From the NCBI GenBank assembly GCA_016212195.1, contig JACRGW010000158.1, positions 1-33,471 of the forward strand: a stretch of 33,471 nucleotides of DNA. Reading direction: 5' to 3'. Of the stretch, positions 1-9,821 are shown one piece after another. The notes beneath the pieces were generated by a model. That model was not told the origin of the DNA and searched no databases. It saw nothing but the letters and a program-made list of their open reading frames with translations. Each line of letters begins with the position of its first letter. Positions within the stretch are counted from its first letter, which is position 1. The stretch comes from Nitrospirota bacterium. GTDB lineage: Bacteria; Nitrospirota; Thermodesulfovibrionia; JACRGW01. Made by a program: the position numbers and the translations under genes.

Positions 1-351
1 AATACCCGGTATCTCCGGGATAACAGGATTTGAGCCTGCTGCTATGAGAAGCCTGTCATACCCCAATCCCGTACCATTCGAGAGCCTGACCCTGTTATCA
101 TCAGACATGACCTCTGTAACCGCAGTACCAGGGATGATCTTTATCCTGTTTACATCATAAAAATCATCACCTCTTATATAAAGTCTCTCTTTTTCTATCT
201 CCCCGGACACATATCTATAAAGAAAGCACGGGGTATAGGCAGGCTCTCTTTCCTTTGATACGATCGTGATTTCGCAATCCCTATTTAGTTGACGGATCGC
301 CTCTACAGCGCTTATGGCAGCAATCCCGTTACCTATGATTACAATTCCCAT
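1..351 (-). CDS. FAD/NAD(P)-dependent pyridine nucleotide-disulfide oxidoreductase (FNOR-like). Only the N-terminal 117 codons are present; the gene continues left of the window.
   Basis: Missing from the ORF track because it is open-ended. The reverse complement from ATG 351..349 reads MGIVIIGNGIAAISAVEAIRQLNRDCEITIVSKEREPAYTPC...LLIAAGSNPVIPEIPGI. This carries a GxGxxA dinucleotide-binding motif at the N-terminus. The gene starts 2 nt after the cooS stop (354..356), so it is probably co-transcribed. Confidence 0.75.
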   Translation of the reverse strand, partial: MGIVIIGNGIAAISAVEAIRQLNRDCEITIVSKEREPAYTPCFLYRYVSGEIEKERLYIRGDDFYDVNRIKIIPGTAVTEVMSDDNRVRLSNGTGLGYDRLLIAAGSNPVIPEIPGI

Positions 352-353
352 AT

Positions 354-2255
354 CTAAATCCCCAGCGCTGATCTCTTCTGCGCGATGTGAGCCATCATCC
401 CTGCTGCCGCCTTTTCAGGGTCAAGCTCCACATACGCCCTGCCGCCGGTAAGATTCTCCAGGTCCTGCGTCAATACCTTCGTAGCAACCGGACTCCCGAG
501 AACCCTCGGAACCGGCGCTATATGAACCATCAAACCAAGTGCGAGCAACCATGTGCCTATAGAAATCGCCTTTTCCTGTACGAGTTCTGGAGCGGAACCA
601 GCAACCGGAAGCTGACTTATTTTTACATCAAGCTTGTTTGCAAGGGCGCCGAGAAGTGTGCCAATCCTTGAATTATCCACACACGACCCCATATGCCACA
701 CAGGCGGCAGCGGCCCATCAAGCCCCGCAGCCTCACCAAGGGCCGTAAGAACTGATTTCAATCCATCGCCGCAGTATTTATTTGTGGCAGCAGTGTCCAT
801 AAAGCCTGCCTGGGCACAGATGTGGGCTGTGCATCCTGTGGTGACAATTAATACGTTGTTTTTCAGAAGCTCCTTTGTCATTATCTCTGTCATGGATGTG
901 TCCCTTAACTTTATACTCGGACACCCTGCAAAACCTACTGCACCATAGATATTACCGTTAACAATATTGTCAATAACAGGTTTCAGAGGATCTGATGGGT
1001 TGACCTTTTTGAGCACATCGAGGATCGCCTCCACCGAAAAACCAATAAGTCCCACTGATTTTTCCTTGGGGATAGAGACTTCCTTCCCTTTCCTTGCCTT
1101 AAATGCCTCTACTGCCATCTTCACGACCTTCTTTGCCGCATCATCTGCATGCTCTGCTTCAAAGGCGATATGTGCTGCACCTGGCATCTTAACAAAGGAC
1201 TCTGTGGTAATAATCTTTGTATCAAAACACTCCGCGATCTTTGTGGTAGACGGCCAGATGCACTGCATATCCACAACCATGGCATCCACAGCGCCTGTAA
1301 GGAGTATCAATTCTGACTGGAGATTATGGCCTGCCATCGGGACTCCACGCCTCATGGTAAGCTCATTTCCTGTGCAGCATACACCAACCACATTTATACC
1401 CTTCGCTCCCGCCTCTTTTGCCTCATTCTCGAGCTTACCTGCCCATTCGAGTATCTTCTCTGAAAGAACAGGGTTGTGTCCGTGCATTGCTATATTTACC
1501 TTGTCTTTCTCGAGGACGCCCATATTCGCCTCTATCATCCTTGGCTTAGGTGTTCCGAACATGATGTCATGAAAATCCGTAGCCATATGCAGTCCTGCAT
1601 AACCGTCTACGAGTCCTATCCTTAAACATGCGAGGAGTAAGTTTGTCGGGTCAGCGTCATTGCCCATGGATGTCCTGTGCATCCCCTCTTCAATCTCATT
1701 ATGGGCGTTAGATACAAGGATTCCGAGTTCACGCCACATATCTATCTCTTTTTTCGGAGCTCTCAGTTTAATCCAGCTCATCGGCTCATCGTCCTGCTTT
1801 GAGAGGTCTCCAAGGGCTTTGTTCACTACCTCTAAGGCAATTTCCCTATCAGATTTTCCGTCTGCCCTAATACCGAGCCCGCCGGCAACTTCCATGAGCT
1901 TATCCCTGTCGGTGATCTTATATCCAGAAGCCTTACCTTCGAGCATCTTCTTAAATGAAAGAACCACATGCCTTGCATGACCGACATGGGAGGATGCACC
2001 TCCGATCTCTTCTCTCAAAAGGTTTCTGCATACAATGGTATCCACAGAGGCGCCACATACCCCTGTTGTTGCTCCTTCACCAAAAGGGTCTATCCGGCAT
2101 GGCCCCATATAACACATCCTGCAGCAACTTCCCAGTTGTCCGAAACCGCACTGTGGCGTCTGGGCCTCAAGCCTGTTAATGCCTATACTTATGCCCATGT
2201 CCTCTGCCTTGTTTACTAAGAACTGCGAAGCCTTATCGAGCACCTTCATCGTCAT
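354..2255 (-). CDS. cooS: Anaerobic Ni-Fe carbon monoxide dehydrogenase catalytic subunit
   Basis: The translation carries the CooS N-terminal cysteine signature CGFGQLGSCCRMCYMGPCRI, and family-typical sequence runs along the whole length. The ORF track starts at GTG 2264. I prefer ATG 2255 (the fourth track residue) because GGGAGG lies about 8 nt upstream and this start removes the overlap with the cooF stop at 2257. Confidence 0.95.
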   Translation of the reverse strand: MTMKVLDKASQFLVNKAEDMGISIGINRLEAQTPQCGFGQLGSCCRMCYMGPCRIDPFGEGATTGVCGASVDTIVCRNLLREEIGGASSHVGHARHVVLSFKKMLEGKASGYKITDRDKLMEVAGGLGIRADGKSDREIALEVVNKALGDLSKQDDEPMSWIKLRAPKKEIDMWRELGILVSNAHNEIEEGMHRTSMGNDADPTNLLLACLRIGLVDGYAGLHMATDFHDIMFGTPKPRMIEANMGVLEKDKVNIAMHGHNPVLSEKILEWAGKLENEAKEAGAKGINVVGVCCTGNELTMRRGVPMAGHNLQSELILLTGAVDAMVVDMQCIWPSTTKIAECFDTKIITTESFVKMPGAAHIAFEAEHADDAAKKVVKMAVEAFKARKGKEVSIPKEKSVGLIGFSVEAILDVLKKVNPSDPLKPVIDNIVNGNIYGAVGFAGCPSIKLRDTSMTEIMTKELLKNNVLIVTTGCTAHICAQAGFMDTAATNKYCGDGLKSVLTALGEAAGLDGPLPPVWHMGSCVDNSRIGTLLGALANKLDVKISQLPVAGSAPELVQEKAISIGTWLLALGLMVHIAPVPRVLGSPVATKVLTQDLENLTGGRAYVELDPEKAAAGMMAHIAQKRSALGI

Positions 2256-2256
2256 A

Positions 2257-2835
2257 TCAAACACCTCCCATTTTTCTTAAAAGTTCTAATGGTATTACTT
2301 TTGATTTTTCCTCTTTTATCCTGCCCACTGCCATGGCGACCGTTTGTGCAGTAATCAACCTCTTTTCCTTTGAAAGATCTTCTGCCTCACCAAAGGTCAT
2401 GGCATTGGTAGGACAAGCCTCCACACAGGCAGGCTCCTTTCCTTCCTTCAATCGCGATTTGCAAAAATCACATTTCACAGATACACCTCTTTCGGTACCC
2501 ATAGATATTGCTCCAAAAGGGCAGACCATGGCACACATCCAGCATCCCATACATCTGTTTTCATTGACAATAACACTGCCTGTTTCTGCGTCCCTGTGCA
2601 TCGCACCAGTAGGACATGCCGTAATACACACAGCGTCAGCGCAATGCATACACTTCGATGGATACGAGAAGGAATAAGCCTTTTCCACATGCACCCTCTT
2701 TCTCGGCACAGGCTTTTCAAAGATGGCTGCATATATATCTTTTGAGGACGAATGCTCTACTGCACAGGCAATCTCACAGGACTTACAGGCAGTACATCTC
2801 TCGATATTGATAAACACCTCTTTCACTCCCATCAC
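2257..2835 (-). CDS. cooF: CooF-type 4Fe-4S ferredoxin-like iron-sulfur electron-transfer protein
   Basis: Four Cys clusters are visible: CTACKSCEIAC, CMHCADAVCITACP, CMGCWMCAMVCP and CDFC...CVEACP. The gene lies directly upstream of cooS. Confidence 0.9.
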   Translation of the reverse strand: MMGVKEVFINIERCTACKSCEIACAVEHSSSKDIYAAIFEKPVPRKRVHVEKAYSFSYPSKCMHCADAVCITACPTGAMHRDAETGSVIVNENRCMGCWMCAMVCPFGAISMGTERGVSVKCDFCKSRLKEGKEPACVEACPTNAMTFGEAEDLSKEKRLITAQTVAMAVGRIKEEKSKVIPLELLRKMGGV

Positions 2836-2918
2836 CTCCCTTTTTCATAGGTTATGGCAGGCAATCATTCAGGAGCAAGAAATTTTTGATGAACGGTCAG
2901 GATGAATTGATAAAAGGT

Positions 2919-3632
2919 TTAGATAAGAGCTAACGCCTTTTTGAGGTCTTTAAGCCTTCTTCTCGCCACAGGGACAGCAGGGATCTCTTCTCTATCGAAA
3001 ATGATCTGGGTCTGTCCCCTCCCTGCAGGTTGAATCTTACGTATATGTTCTGTGTTTACCACGAAACTCTTATGAACCCTTAAAAACTTCTGACCCACAA
3101 ATCGTGTGAGGATGTTCTTTAAGGTGAGATGGAGATAATAAGAGTTCTTTTCCGTAGAAATCTTGCAGTAATTCCCCTCGGACCTGATAATATATATGGA
3201 GGATACATCCAGAAACAGAAATGCCCTTTTATCACACACCGGAAATTTCTTCAATTCTACCATTCCTGTGCCGGGGTTAACCTTCGCGCCTGTCTGCTCT
3301 GTAACATCTATAAATGTCATTGCATAAAGAGGTGCCGTGGATGCCTCTTTCATCTCGATTCTGCATACATTAATCATCAGTACCTTGTTTAAAACATCAA
3401 TAATCATGGCGACAGGTACCTCGGAATCGCAGGCACTGGCTTCCTGTAAAAGGCCCTCTATTTTGGGGTGGCTTTTTCTTGGATGGTAACCGAAGACCTT
3501 CTTTCCAAAATCCGACATCGCAGGCCCCAAAACCTTACGGGCATAGGCATTCATACCGATAACCCTGTAATCTGGCGAGAGTAGAACCAGGCCGATGTTC
3601 AAACAGGACATAAAAACCGGCGGTGTGTCCAT
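2919..3632 (-). CDS. rcoM: Single-component regulator with an N-terminal PAS-like sensor and a C-terminal LytTR DNA-binding domain. This is the RcoM-type (CO-responsive) architecture.
   Basis: The C-terminal LytTR pattern reads FLFLDVSSIYIIRSEGNYCKISTEKNSYYLHLTLKNILTRFVGQKFLRVHKSFVVNTEHIRKI. The N-terminal ~120 aa are PAS-like (LLSPDYRVIGMNAYARKVLG...YAMTFIDVTEQ). The gene sits immediately upstream of cooF-cooS on the same strand. The LytTR call is firm. The rcoM assignment rests on architecture and context only. Confidence 0.6.
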   Translation of the reverse strand: MDTPPVFMSCLNIGLVLLSPDYRVIGMNAYARKVLGPAMSDFGKKVFGYHPRKSHPKIEGLLQEASACDSEVPVAMIIDVLNKVLMINVCRIEMKEASTAPLYAMTFIDVTEQTGAKVNPGTGMVELKKFPVCDKRAFLFLDVSSIYIIRSEGNYCKISTEKNSYYLHLTLKNILTRFVGQKFLRVHKSFVVNTEHIRKIQPAGRGQTQIIFDREEIPAVPVARRRLKDLKKALALI

Positions 3633-3713
3633 TCCAGATAAAGTATATCATAATAATATGGTCCGTCTCCAGAAGAGTTAGTATAATCATGAGGAGGCAA
3701 GTGGTCAAGGGTT

Positions 3714-3755
3714 CAAGGATTCGAGGGAAGCGGAGGTTTCAATCCTTGTTTTATT
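3714..3755 (+). terminator. Plus-strand intrinsic-terminator-like hairpin (8-bp stem, 19-nt loop, TTTTATT tail)
   Basis: CAAGGATT at 3714..3721 pairs with AATCCTTG at 3741..3748 and is followed by TTTTATT. The T-tract is on the plus strand only, although both flanking genes are on the minus strand. Confidence 0.3.
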
Positions 3756-3840
3756 GGAAGTTGCTGTTTGCTACTTTAAAGGCATCACAAAAACTCATTT
3801 TCAATAACAGAACCACACTTAAGTTAACCACAAAGTCTTT

Positions 3841-4971
3841 TCAGTAAAAGAGCATAAATCTCCGCATCTTAACATTCATCAATATACCTATTGCCATAAA
3901 GGCGGTTATGACAGAGGTTCCACCATAACTCAGAAAGGGAAGGGGGAGTCCTACTACTGGCATAAGTCCCAACGTCATCCCTACATTCACAATAAGATAG
4001 GTGGCGATCATCGAGACAACCCCGATCGCTATAAGTGCACCAAGGCGGTCTTTAGCCTTTTTTGCAATCCCTATACCCCAGAAGATAAGGAAAAAGTAGA
4101 GTGCGATCAGTACCAGGGACCCCAGAAATCCCCATTCTTCAGCAAATATAGAGAAGATAAAATCTGTATGCCTTTCAGGGAGGAATCGTAGTTGTCCCTG
4201 CGTCCCTGAGAGGTAACCCTTTCCGATAATCTTGCCCGATCCGATAGCAATCTTAGACTGGGCTATATGGTAACCAACACCGAGGGGGTCTACATCGGGC
4301 TTGAGGAAAACGAGGACCCTTGCCTTTTGGTAACCCTTAAGGGAGTTCCAGAAAAGTTTTACCCAGAAAGGTGAAGTCAGAACTGCTGGCAGTATGATGA
4401 TGAGAAGCGATTTCCACCTAACGCCTGCCATGAGAACCATAGAGGTAAAGATAAAGAAGATCATCATCGCTGTCCCTAAATCAGGTTGTTTTAAAACCAG
4501 CAAAAGAGGGAGGAAGAGGAAGAAGAATACGGGTTGAAACAGATCCCGTAGCCTCATTGGGGTACTCCGTTCTTCTGAAAGAAACCATGCCAGAGATATT
4601 ATTAGAAAAAGTTTGCTTAACTCAGATGGTTGAAATGATATAGGGCCAAAGGAAAACCACCTCTGCGCACCCATACCACTCTTTCCTATGAATAGTACCA
4701 ATATCAGTAAAATGAGAGAAAAACCGTAGACGACATAGGAATACTTCCCTAATTTCCTGTAATCTATAAAAAGGATAACGAACAGAGAGACTATCCCGAT
4801 TCCTACCCATATTATCTGTTTGATATAGTAAGGTAATGTTGATAGAGTCCCATCTTTAAATGTGAGCGTTTTTGCGGCGCTGTAGATTGTGAAGACTCCG
4901 ATGAAAGCGAGGATACAGGTTACAAGAAAAAGGATCCAATCAAAGTTCTGTATTAACCGACGGTCTATCAT
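3841..4971 (-). CDS. rodA: SEDS-family peptidoglycan glycosyltransferase RodA (rod-shape determining)
   Basis: A 376-aa polytopic membrane protein with FtsW/RodA family motifs (GAQRWF, PSELSKL, KQPDLGTA, LPERHTDFIFS, GLPLPFLSYGGTS). It is the last gene of the mre/mrd operon. Confidence 0.9.
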   Translation of the reverse strand: MIDRRLIQNFDWILFLVTCILAFIGVFTIYSAAKTLTFKDGTLSTLPYYIKQIIWVGIGIVSLFVILFIDYRKLGKYSYVVYGFSLILLILVLFIGKSGMGAQRWFSFGPISFQPSELSKLFLIISLAWFLSEERSTPMRLRDLFQPVFFFLFLPLLLVLKQPDLGTAMMIFFIFTSMVLMAGVRWKSLLIIILPAVLTSPFWVKLFWNSLKGYQKARVLVFLKPDVDPLGVGYHIAQSKIAIGSGKIIGKGYLSGTQGQLRFLPERHTDFIFSIFAEEWGFLGSLVLIALYFFLIFWGIGIAKKAKDRLGALIAIGVVSMIATYLIVNVGMTLGLMPVVGLPLPFLSYGGTSVITAFMAIGILMNVKMRRFMLFY

Positions 4972-5026
4972 AATAAGTTACAAGTTAAAAGTTACAGGTT
5001 GCAAGTTATAAGTCAAAACCTACTGG

Positions 5027-6859
5027 TCACTTGTTGCTTGCCACTTGTGACTTGTTAATGGTTTTTATATATTCCTCTATCACACGCTTTGCCAATGGGG
5101 CAGATGCTGCTCCCCCGTGACCTCCATGTTCCACGAAGGAAGCAACGGCTATTCTGGCATTCTCTGCGGGGGCAAAGGCAACAAACCATGCATGGTCCCT
5201 GAACCTTTTGGGAATATTTTCCGATTTTACCCTTTCTTTCATACCGATTATCTGGGATGTACCTGTCTTTCCACCAATCTTTGCTATAGTTGATCTCGCT
5301 CGATGTCCTGTTCCTCCTGGCTCTTCAACCACACCTGCCATTGCATCTCTCAGGAATTTCATAGTCCCGTTATTGATCTGAATTTTAGTGCCTTCAGGAA
5401 GAAGATCTATATAACCATTTTTCCCATTTATCCTCTTTACTACCTGAGGTTTATAGATAATCCCGTCATTAGCTATAGAGGCAGATACCTGAGCCATCTG
5501 GAGAGGTGTGACGAGGAGATAACCCTGTCCTATAGAAACTGAAAGGGTCTCACCGGGAAACCATGGTTTCCCCAGCGCCCTGTTCTTCCATTCAGTCGAA
5601 GGGACAAGACCGGTCTTTTCAGAAGGTAAAGGAACCCCTGTAATCTTTCCTAAACCGAAGGCCTCTGCATACTTAGATATAACATCTATCCCCAATTTCT
5701 TCCCCAGTTCATAGAAATATACATCACAGGATTCAACTATAGCCCTGTGCAGGGATACTCTACCGTGACCTCCTGCCTTCCAGCATCTGAAATCTCTGTT
5801 TCCGAAATGGATAGAACCCTGGCAGTTCACCTCTGTGGATGGAGTAATCTTTCCTGTCTCAAGACCAGCTGCTGCCATCACTATCTTGAAAGTGGATCCG
5901 GGAGGTACTTGGCTTTGAGTCACCCTGTTCATAAGGGGGTGGAGGGGATTGTTCATCATCTCTGTCCAATATTGCTTTTGTGTGCCTTTAGAAAACATAT
6001 TTGGATCAAGGGAGGGACGTGAACTGAAGGCAAGGATTCCACCATTATTAGGGTCTATAGCTACTATAGCCCCTGCCTCTTTTCCTAAGGCGTTTTCTGC
6101 AGTCTTCTGGGTATTAAGATCTAATGTGAGGTATATGTCGTCCCCGGGGATAGATTCCTTTTCTGCAAGGACCTTTACCTCACGACCAAGTGCATCAACC
6201 TCGATTATCCTTTCTCCTGGAATTCCCCTTAAGGCACTATCGAAACTCTTCTCAATGCCCCATTGTCCGATGAGGCTGTCTCTCGGGAAATTGAAATATT
6301 CCTCCAGTTCAGCCTGTTCAGGTGTAATCCTGCCGAGATGACCTATAAGATGAGCCCCAAGGTCCCCATAAAGGTAGTTTCTTGTGACTTCCACTTCGAC
6401 AAAGACACCAGGCATATCAACTTTACGTGCCTCAATTACCGCAACTTCCTCCCAGCTTGTTTTTTCTTTTATCTTTACGGGTTGAAAGGGTTCTTTACGC
6501 TTCGCTACTTCAATTTTTTTCTTTATTTCCTCTTCTGGAATTCCAATGAGCTTAGCAAGCCTGCTGATAGTATCTCCTTCCTTATAGATATCCTCAAGGA
6601 TGAGGGATATATCAAAACTCGGAATATTTTCTACAAGAGGAATACCTTCACGATCATAGATGATACCCCGCGGTGGTAAAATTTTTATTATCCTCAAACG
6701 GTTATTCTCAGAAAGCTCCCTATAGTAATTCCCCTTTAAGACCTGGAAATACCAGATCCTCAGGACAATCAGGGCTATCAGAATTAATATGGCATAGCCA
6801 AGATAGGGGAGTCTTTTCTGTATGTCACTGTTTTTATTCTCTTGCAGGTTCTCTAACAT
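5027..6859 (-). CDS. mrdA: Penicillin-binding protein 2 (elongasome transpeptidase)
   Basis: N-terminal TM anchor followed by a PBP dimerisation domain. The transpeptidase motifs are STFK (PGSTFKIV), SCD (an SxN-type variant) and KTGT (GGKTGTSQ). Confidence 0.9.
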   Translation of the reverse strand: MLENLQENKNSDIQKRLPYLGYAILILIALIVLRIWYFQVLKGNYYRELSENNRLRIIKILPPRGIIYDREGIPLVENIPSFDISLILEDIYKEGDTISRLAKLIGIPEEEIKKKIEVAKRKEPFQPVKIKEKTSWEEVAVIEARKVDMPGVFVEVEVTRNYLYGDLGAHLIGHLGRITPEQAELEEYFNFPRDSLIGQWGIEKSFDSALRGIPGERIIEVDALGREVKVLAEKESIPGDDIYLTLDLNTQKTAENALGKEAGAIVAIDPNNGGILAFSSRPSLDPNMFSKGTQKQYWTEMMNNPLHPLMNRVTQSQVPPGSTFKIVMAAAGLETGKITPSTEVNCQGSIHFGNRDFRCWKAGGHGRVSLHRAIVESCDVYFYELGKKLGIDVISKYAEAFGLGKITGVPLPSEKTGLVPSTEWKNRALGKPWFPGETLSVSIGQGYLLVTPLQMAQVSASIANDGIIYKPQVVKRINGKNGYIDLLPEGTKIQINNGTMKFLRDAMAGVVEEPGGTGHRARSTIAKIGGKTGTSQIIGMKERVKSENIPKRFRDHAWFVAFAPAENARIAVASFVEHGGHGGAASAPLAKRVIEEYIKTINKSQVASNK

Positions 6860-7334
6860 CTTTTATTTTAAACCTTTCAAACAATGCCCATATTATAACA
6901 CCGAAAAGGGTATTATAAAGTGCCTGAGGAAGAATGATGGATAAGAATACATTAAGGAAAGGAAGGGCGCTCAGGAATACATTGATAGAAATGAAGTTCA
7001 AAATCCCATCAAGAAGTGAGAGGATAAAGAGAAAAATTAGACTCACAGTTACCGTCATCCTGAATACCTTTCCTTTAAGGTATCCTGAAAGAAAACCGAC
7101 TGTAGCCTTACTTGTAAGATTAGGTCCTAACAGTATACCTGTAGAGCTATCCATCATAAGACCGATAAATCCTCCCCAAAATAAACCATTCATCTCACCC
7201 TTATAGAGTCCTATACCATAGGAGAGGATAAAGAGGAGATCTGGTTTAATGCCCTTAAAGCTAAGGTTCTCAAGGAGTGTCCCCTGAAGGGCTACAAGAA
7301 GGAAGATGAAAAGCAAGAAGGCAATAACCTTCAT
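6834..7334 (-). CDS. mreD: Rod shape-determining protein MreD
   Basis: A 166-aa hydrophobic multi-TM protein located between mreC and mrdA. It overlaps mreC by 4 nt and mrdA by 26 nt. Confidence 0.8.
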   Translation of the reverse strand: MKVIAFLLFIFLLVALQGTLLENLSFKGIKPDLLFILSYGIGLYKGEMNGLFWGGFIGLMMDSSTGILLGPNLTSKATVGFLSGYLKGKVFRMTVTVSLIFLFILSLLDGILNFISINVFLSALPFLNVFLSIILPQALYNTLFGVIIWALFERFKIKDVREPARE

Positions 7335-8143
7335 TTCTGCCCTACTATAATTACTTCCTCAAGTTTTGTAATATCAGTGGATGGGATTACATCTATCTCC
7401 TGGAAAAAACCGGACTTTTTCCTCTCAACTTTAGAGACTGTTCCTATAATGAGTCCATTAGGAAAAACCCCATCAAGCCCTGAACTCAATAAAACATCGC
7501 CAACCTTGATTTCGCTTGACTGGCGGATATACTTAAGACGGCAGAGACCTCCCTCTGTCCCTTCCAGAATTCCTTCATCCCTTGTTCTCAGCACCCTTGC
7601 AGCCAGAGAACTGCCGTGATCGGTGATAAGAAGAATCTTTGCTGTCCTTGGCATGACTTTGTATATCCTTCCCACAATACCAGAATGAGAAATAGCGGTC
7701 ATATCCTTTTTAAGACCATCCTTCTCACCTTTATCTATAACGATAGTTCTGAACCAGTTACCTGGATCCCTTCCTATCACCCTTACTGTAGCAATATAGG
7801 CTGATTGAGACTCCTTTAATGAAAGGATGGTTTTAAGTCTTTTATTCTCTTCCAAAACATCCTGATATCTTTTTACTTCTGACTTTAACTTCTCTATCTC
7901 TTCAATTAAACTCTTATTCTCTTTTGCTTTACCAACAAGATAGAGATAATGATCTAAGAATCCCTTTACCCTATTAGTAAGGACTGTGATTACTTTCTGG
8001 GGAGGGGAAAGAAGGTTGTCAGAGAGTCTTTTCACGCCAAATTTATCTCCCCGTTTAACCTGGTGGGTCATCCATAAAAATGCGAGGAAAATGATAAGGA
8101 AAAGGACAAGTAACCTTTTATGTTCAACAAGGTAGCGATACAT
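7331..8143 (-). CDS. mreC: Rod shape-determining protein MreC
   Basis: N-terminal TM helix, a coiled coil (ENKSLIEEIEKLKSEVKRYQDVLEENKRLK), then beta-rich repeats (GIVGRIYKV..., GLIIGTVSKV). Confidence 0.9.
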   Translation of the reverse strand: MYRYLVEHKRLLVLFLIIFLAFLWMTHQVKRGDKFGVKRLSDNLLSPPQKVITVLTNRVKGFLDHYLYLVGKAKENKSLIEEIEKLKSEVKRYQDVLEENKRLKTILSLKESQSAYIATVRVIGRDPGNWFRTIVIDKGEKDGLKKDMTAISHSGIVGRIYKVMPRTAKILLITDHGSSLAARVLRTRDEGILEGTEGGLCRLKYIRQSSEIKVGDVLLSSGLDGVFPNGLIIGTVSKVERKKSGFFQEIDVIPSTDITKLEEVIIVGQK

Positions 8144-8155
8144 CGCAGATCAGTT

Positions 8156-9187
<1,032 letters not shown>

Positions 9188-9263
9188 TTATCTCCTTCTA
9201 TATTCATAGTAAAATTATCATCTGAAATCCTGGTCTGTCGTCAGGATATATTTAATATTTTGT

Positions 9264-9292
9264 AATGCTAAATGCTAATTTCAAAATGTAAT
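9264..9292 (+). repeat. Short dispersed intergenic repeat, copy A (AATGCTAAATGCTAATTTCAAAATGTAAT)
   Basis: By my alignment, 16 of the first 19 nt are identical to copy B at 12536, and a similar TTT(A)CAA(AA)TG tail follows. It lies between the RDD stop and the mreB start. Confidence 0.45.
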
Positions 9293-9724
9293 CTGATTAT
9301 TATTTTTTCGGTCATCAATAACCTGCGTTTTTGCCAACTCGTCTCCTATCCTTGCACCAGTTTCGCTACCAATAACCAGGAGCCCTTCAAAGGTGCAGAT
9401 TATCAATGCGAAAATCCACCCTATCCAGGGGATACCGAACAGGATATAACCTATGCCGAATGGTAAGTTTCTTATAATGGATTCCCTGAAACTACACCCC
9501 ACATCCTTATTGGTAACGATGACCCTTAACCCTATAAATTTTTTACCAAGACTCCTGCCATCAAATAGACCATCGCCTATCAGGAGATAGGTGATACCTG
9601 CCAAGAAACCTATTGGGGGGAGGAGTTTGAGAAGAGCTCCTGCAATGAGGAAATCAATAAATTTAGCTATAAACCTGTTCAGGAGATTAGCCTTAATGGA
9701 TATTTTATGGGCATGCTCTTCCAA
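9281..9724 (-). CDS. RDD-family small integral membrane protein
   Basis: 147 aa. The N-terminal sequence (NRFIAKFIDFLI) and three hydrophobic helices with R..D..D spacing are typical of RDD domain proteins. Assignment is from sequence pattern only. Confidence 0.6.
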   Translation of the reverse strand: MEEHAHKISIKANLLNRFIAKFIDFLIAGALLKLLPPIGFLAGITYLLIGDGLFDGRSLGKKFIGLRVIVTNKDVGCSFRESIIRNLPFGIGYILFGIPWIGWIFALIICTFEGLLVIGSETGARIGDELAKTQVIDDRKNNNQITF

Positions 9725-9821
9725 CCAAATATATCCCTCCTCTAAAGTTTACTTTAATATCGAAAATCCGATGAACGTTACCTTGTTCAGTATCATAACA
9801 AAGCCTCTTAAGTATTTCAAG

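Noticed and set aside
387-2219. A series of plus-strand ORFs (94-201 aa) antisense to cooS
   Set aside because: They lie entirely inside a gene with an unmistakable CooS translation. Their own translations are low-complexity (Ser/Pro/Ala/Cys-rich) with no motifs or ribosome-binding sites. They are a by-product of the locally higher GC content.
2856-2871. TGGCAGGCAATCATTC in the rcoM-cooF spacer as a sigma54 promoter
   Set aside because: It is on the plus strand, pointing away from cooF, and it lacks a correctly spaced -12 GC.
3623-3847. A 74-aa plus-strand ORF filling the rcoM-rodA spacer
   Set aside because: The sequence (IIIIWSVSRR..., Arg/Lys runs) is not protein-like. There is no convincing Shine-Dalgarno sequence at its start, and it spans a hairpin/T-tract. 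I treat the region as non-coding and as a possible sRNA instead.
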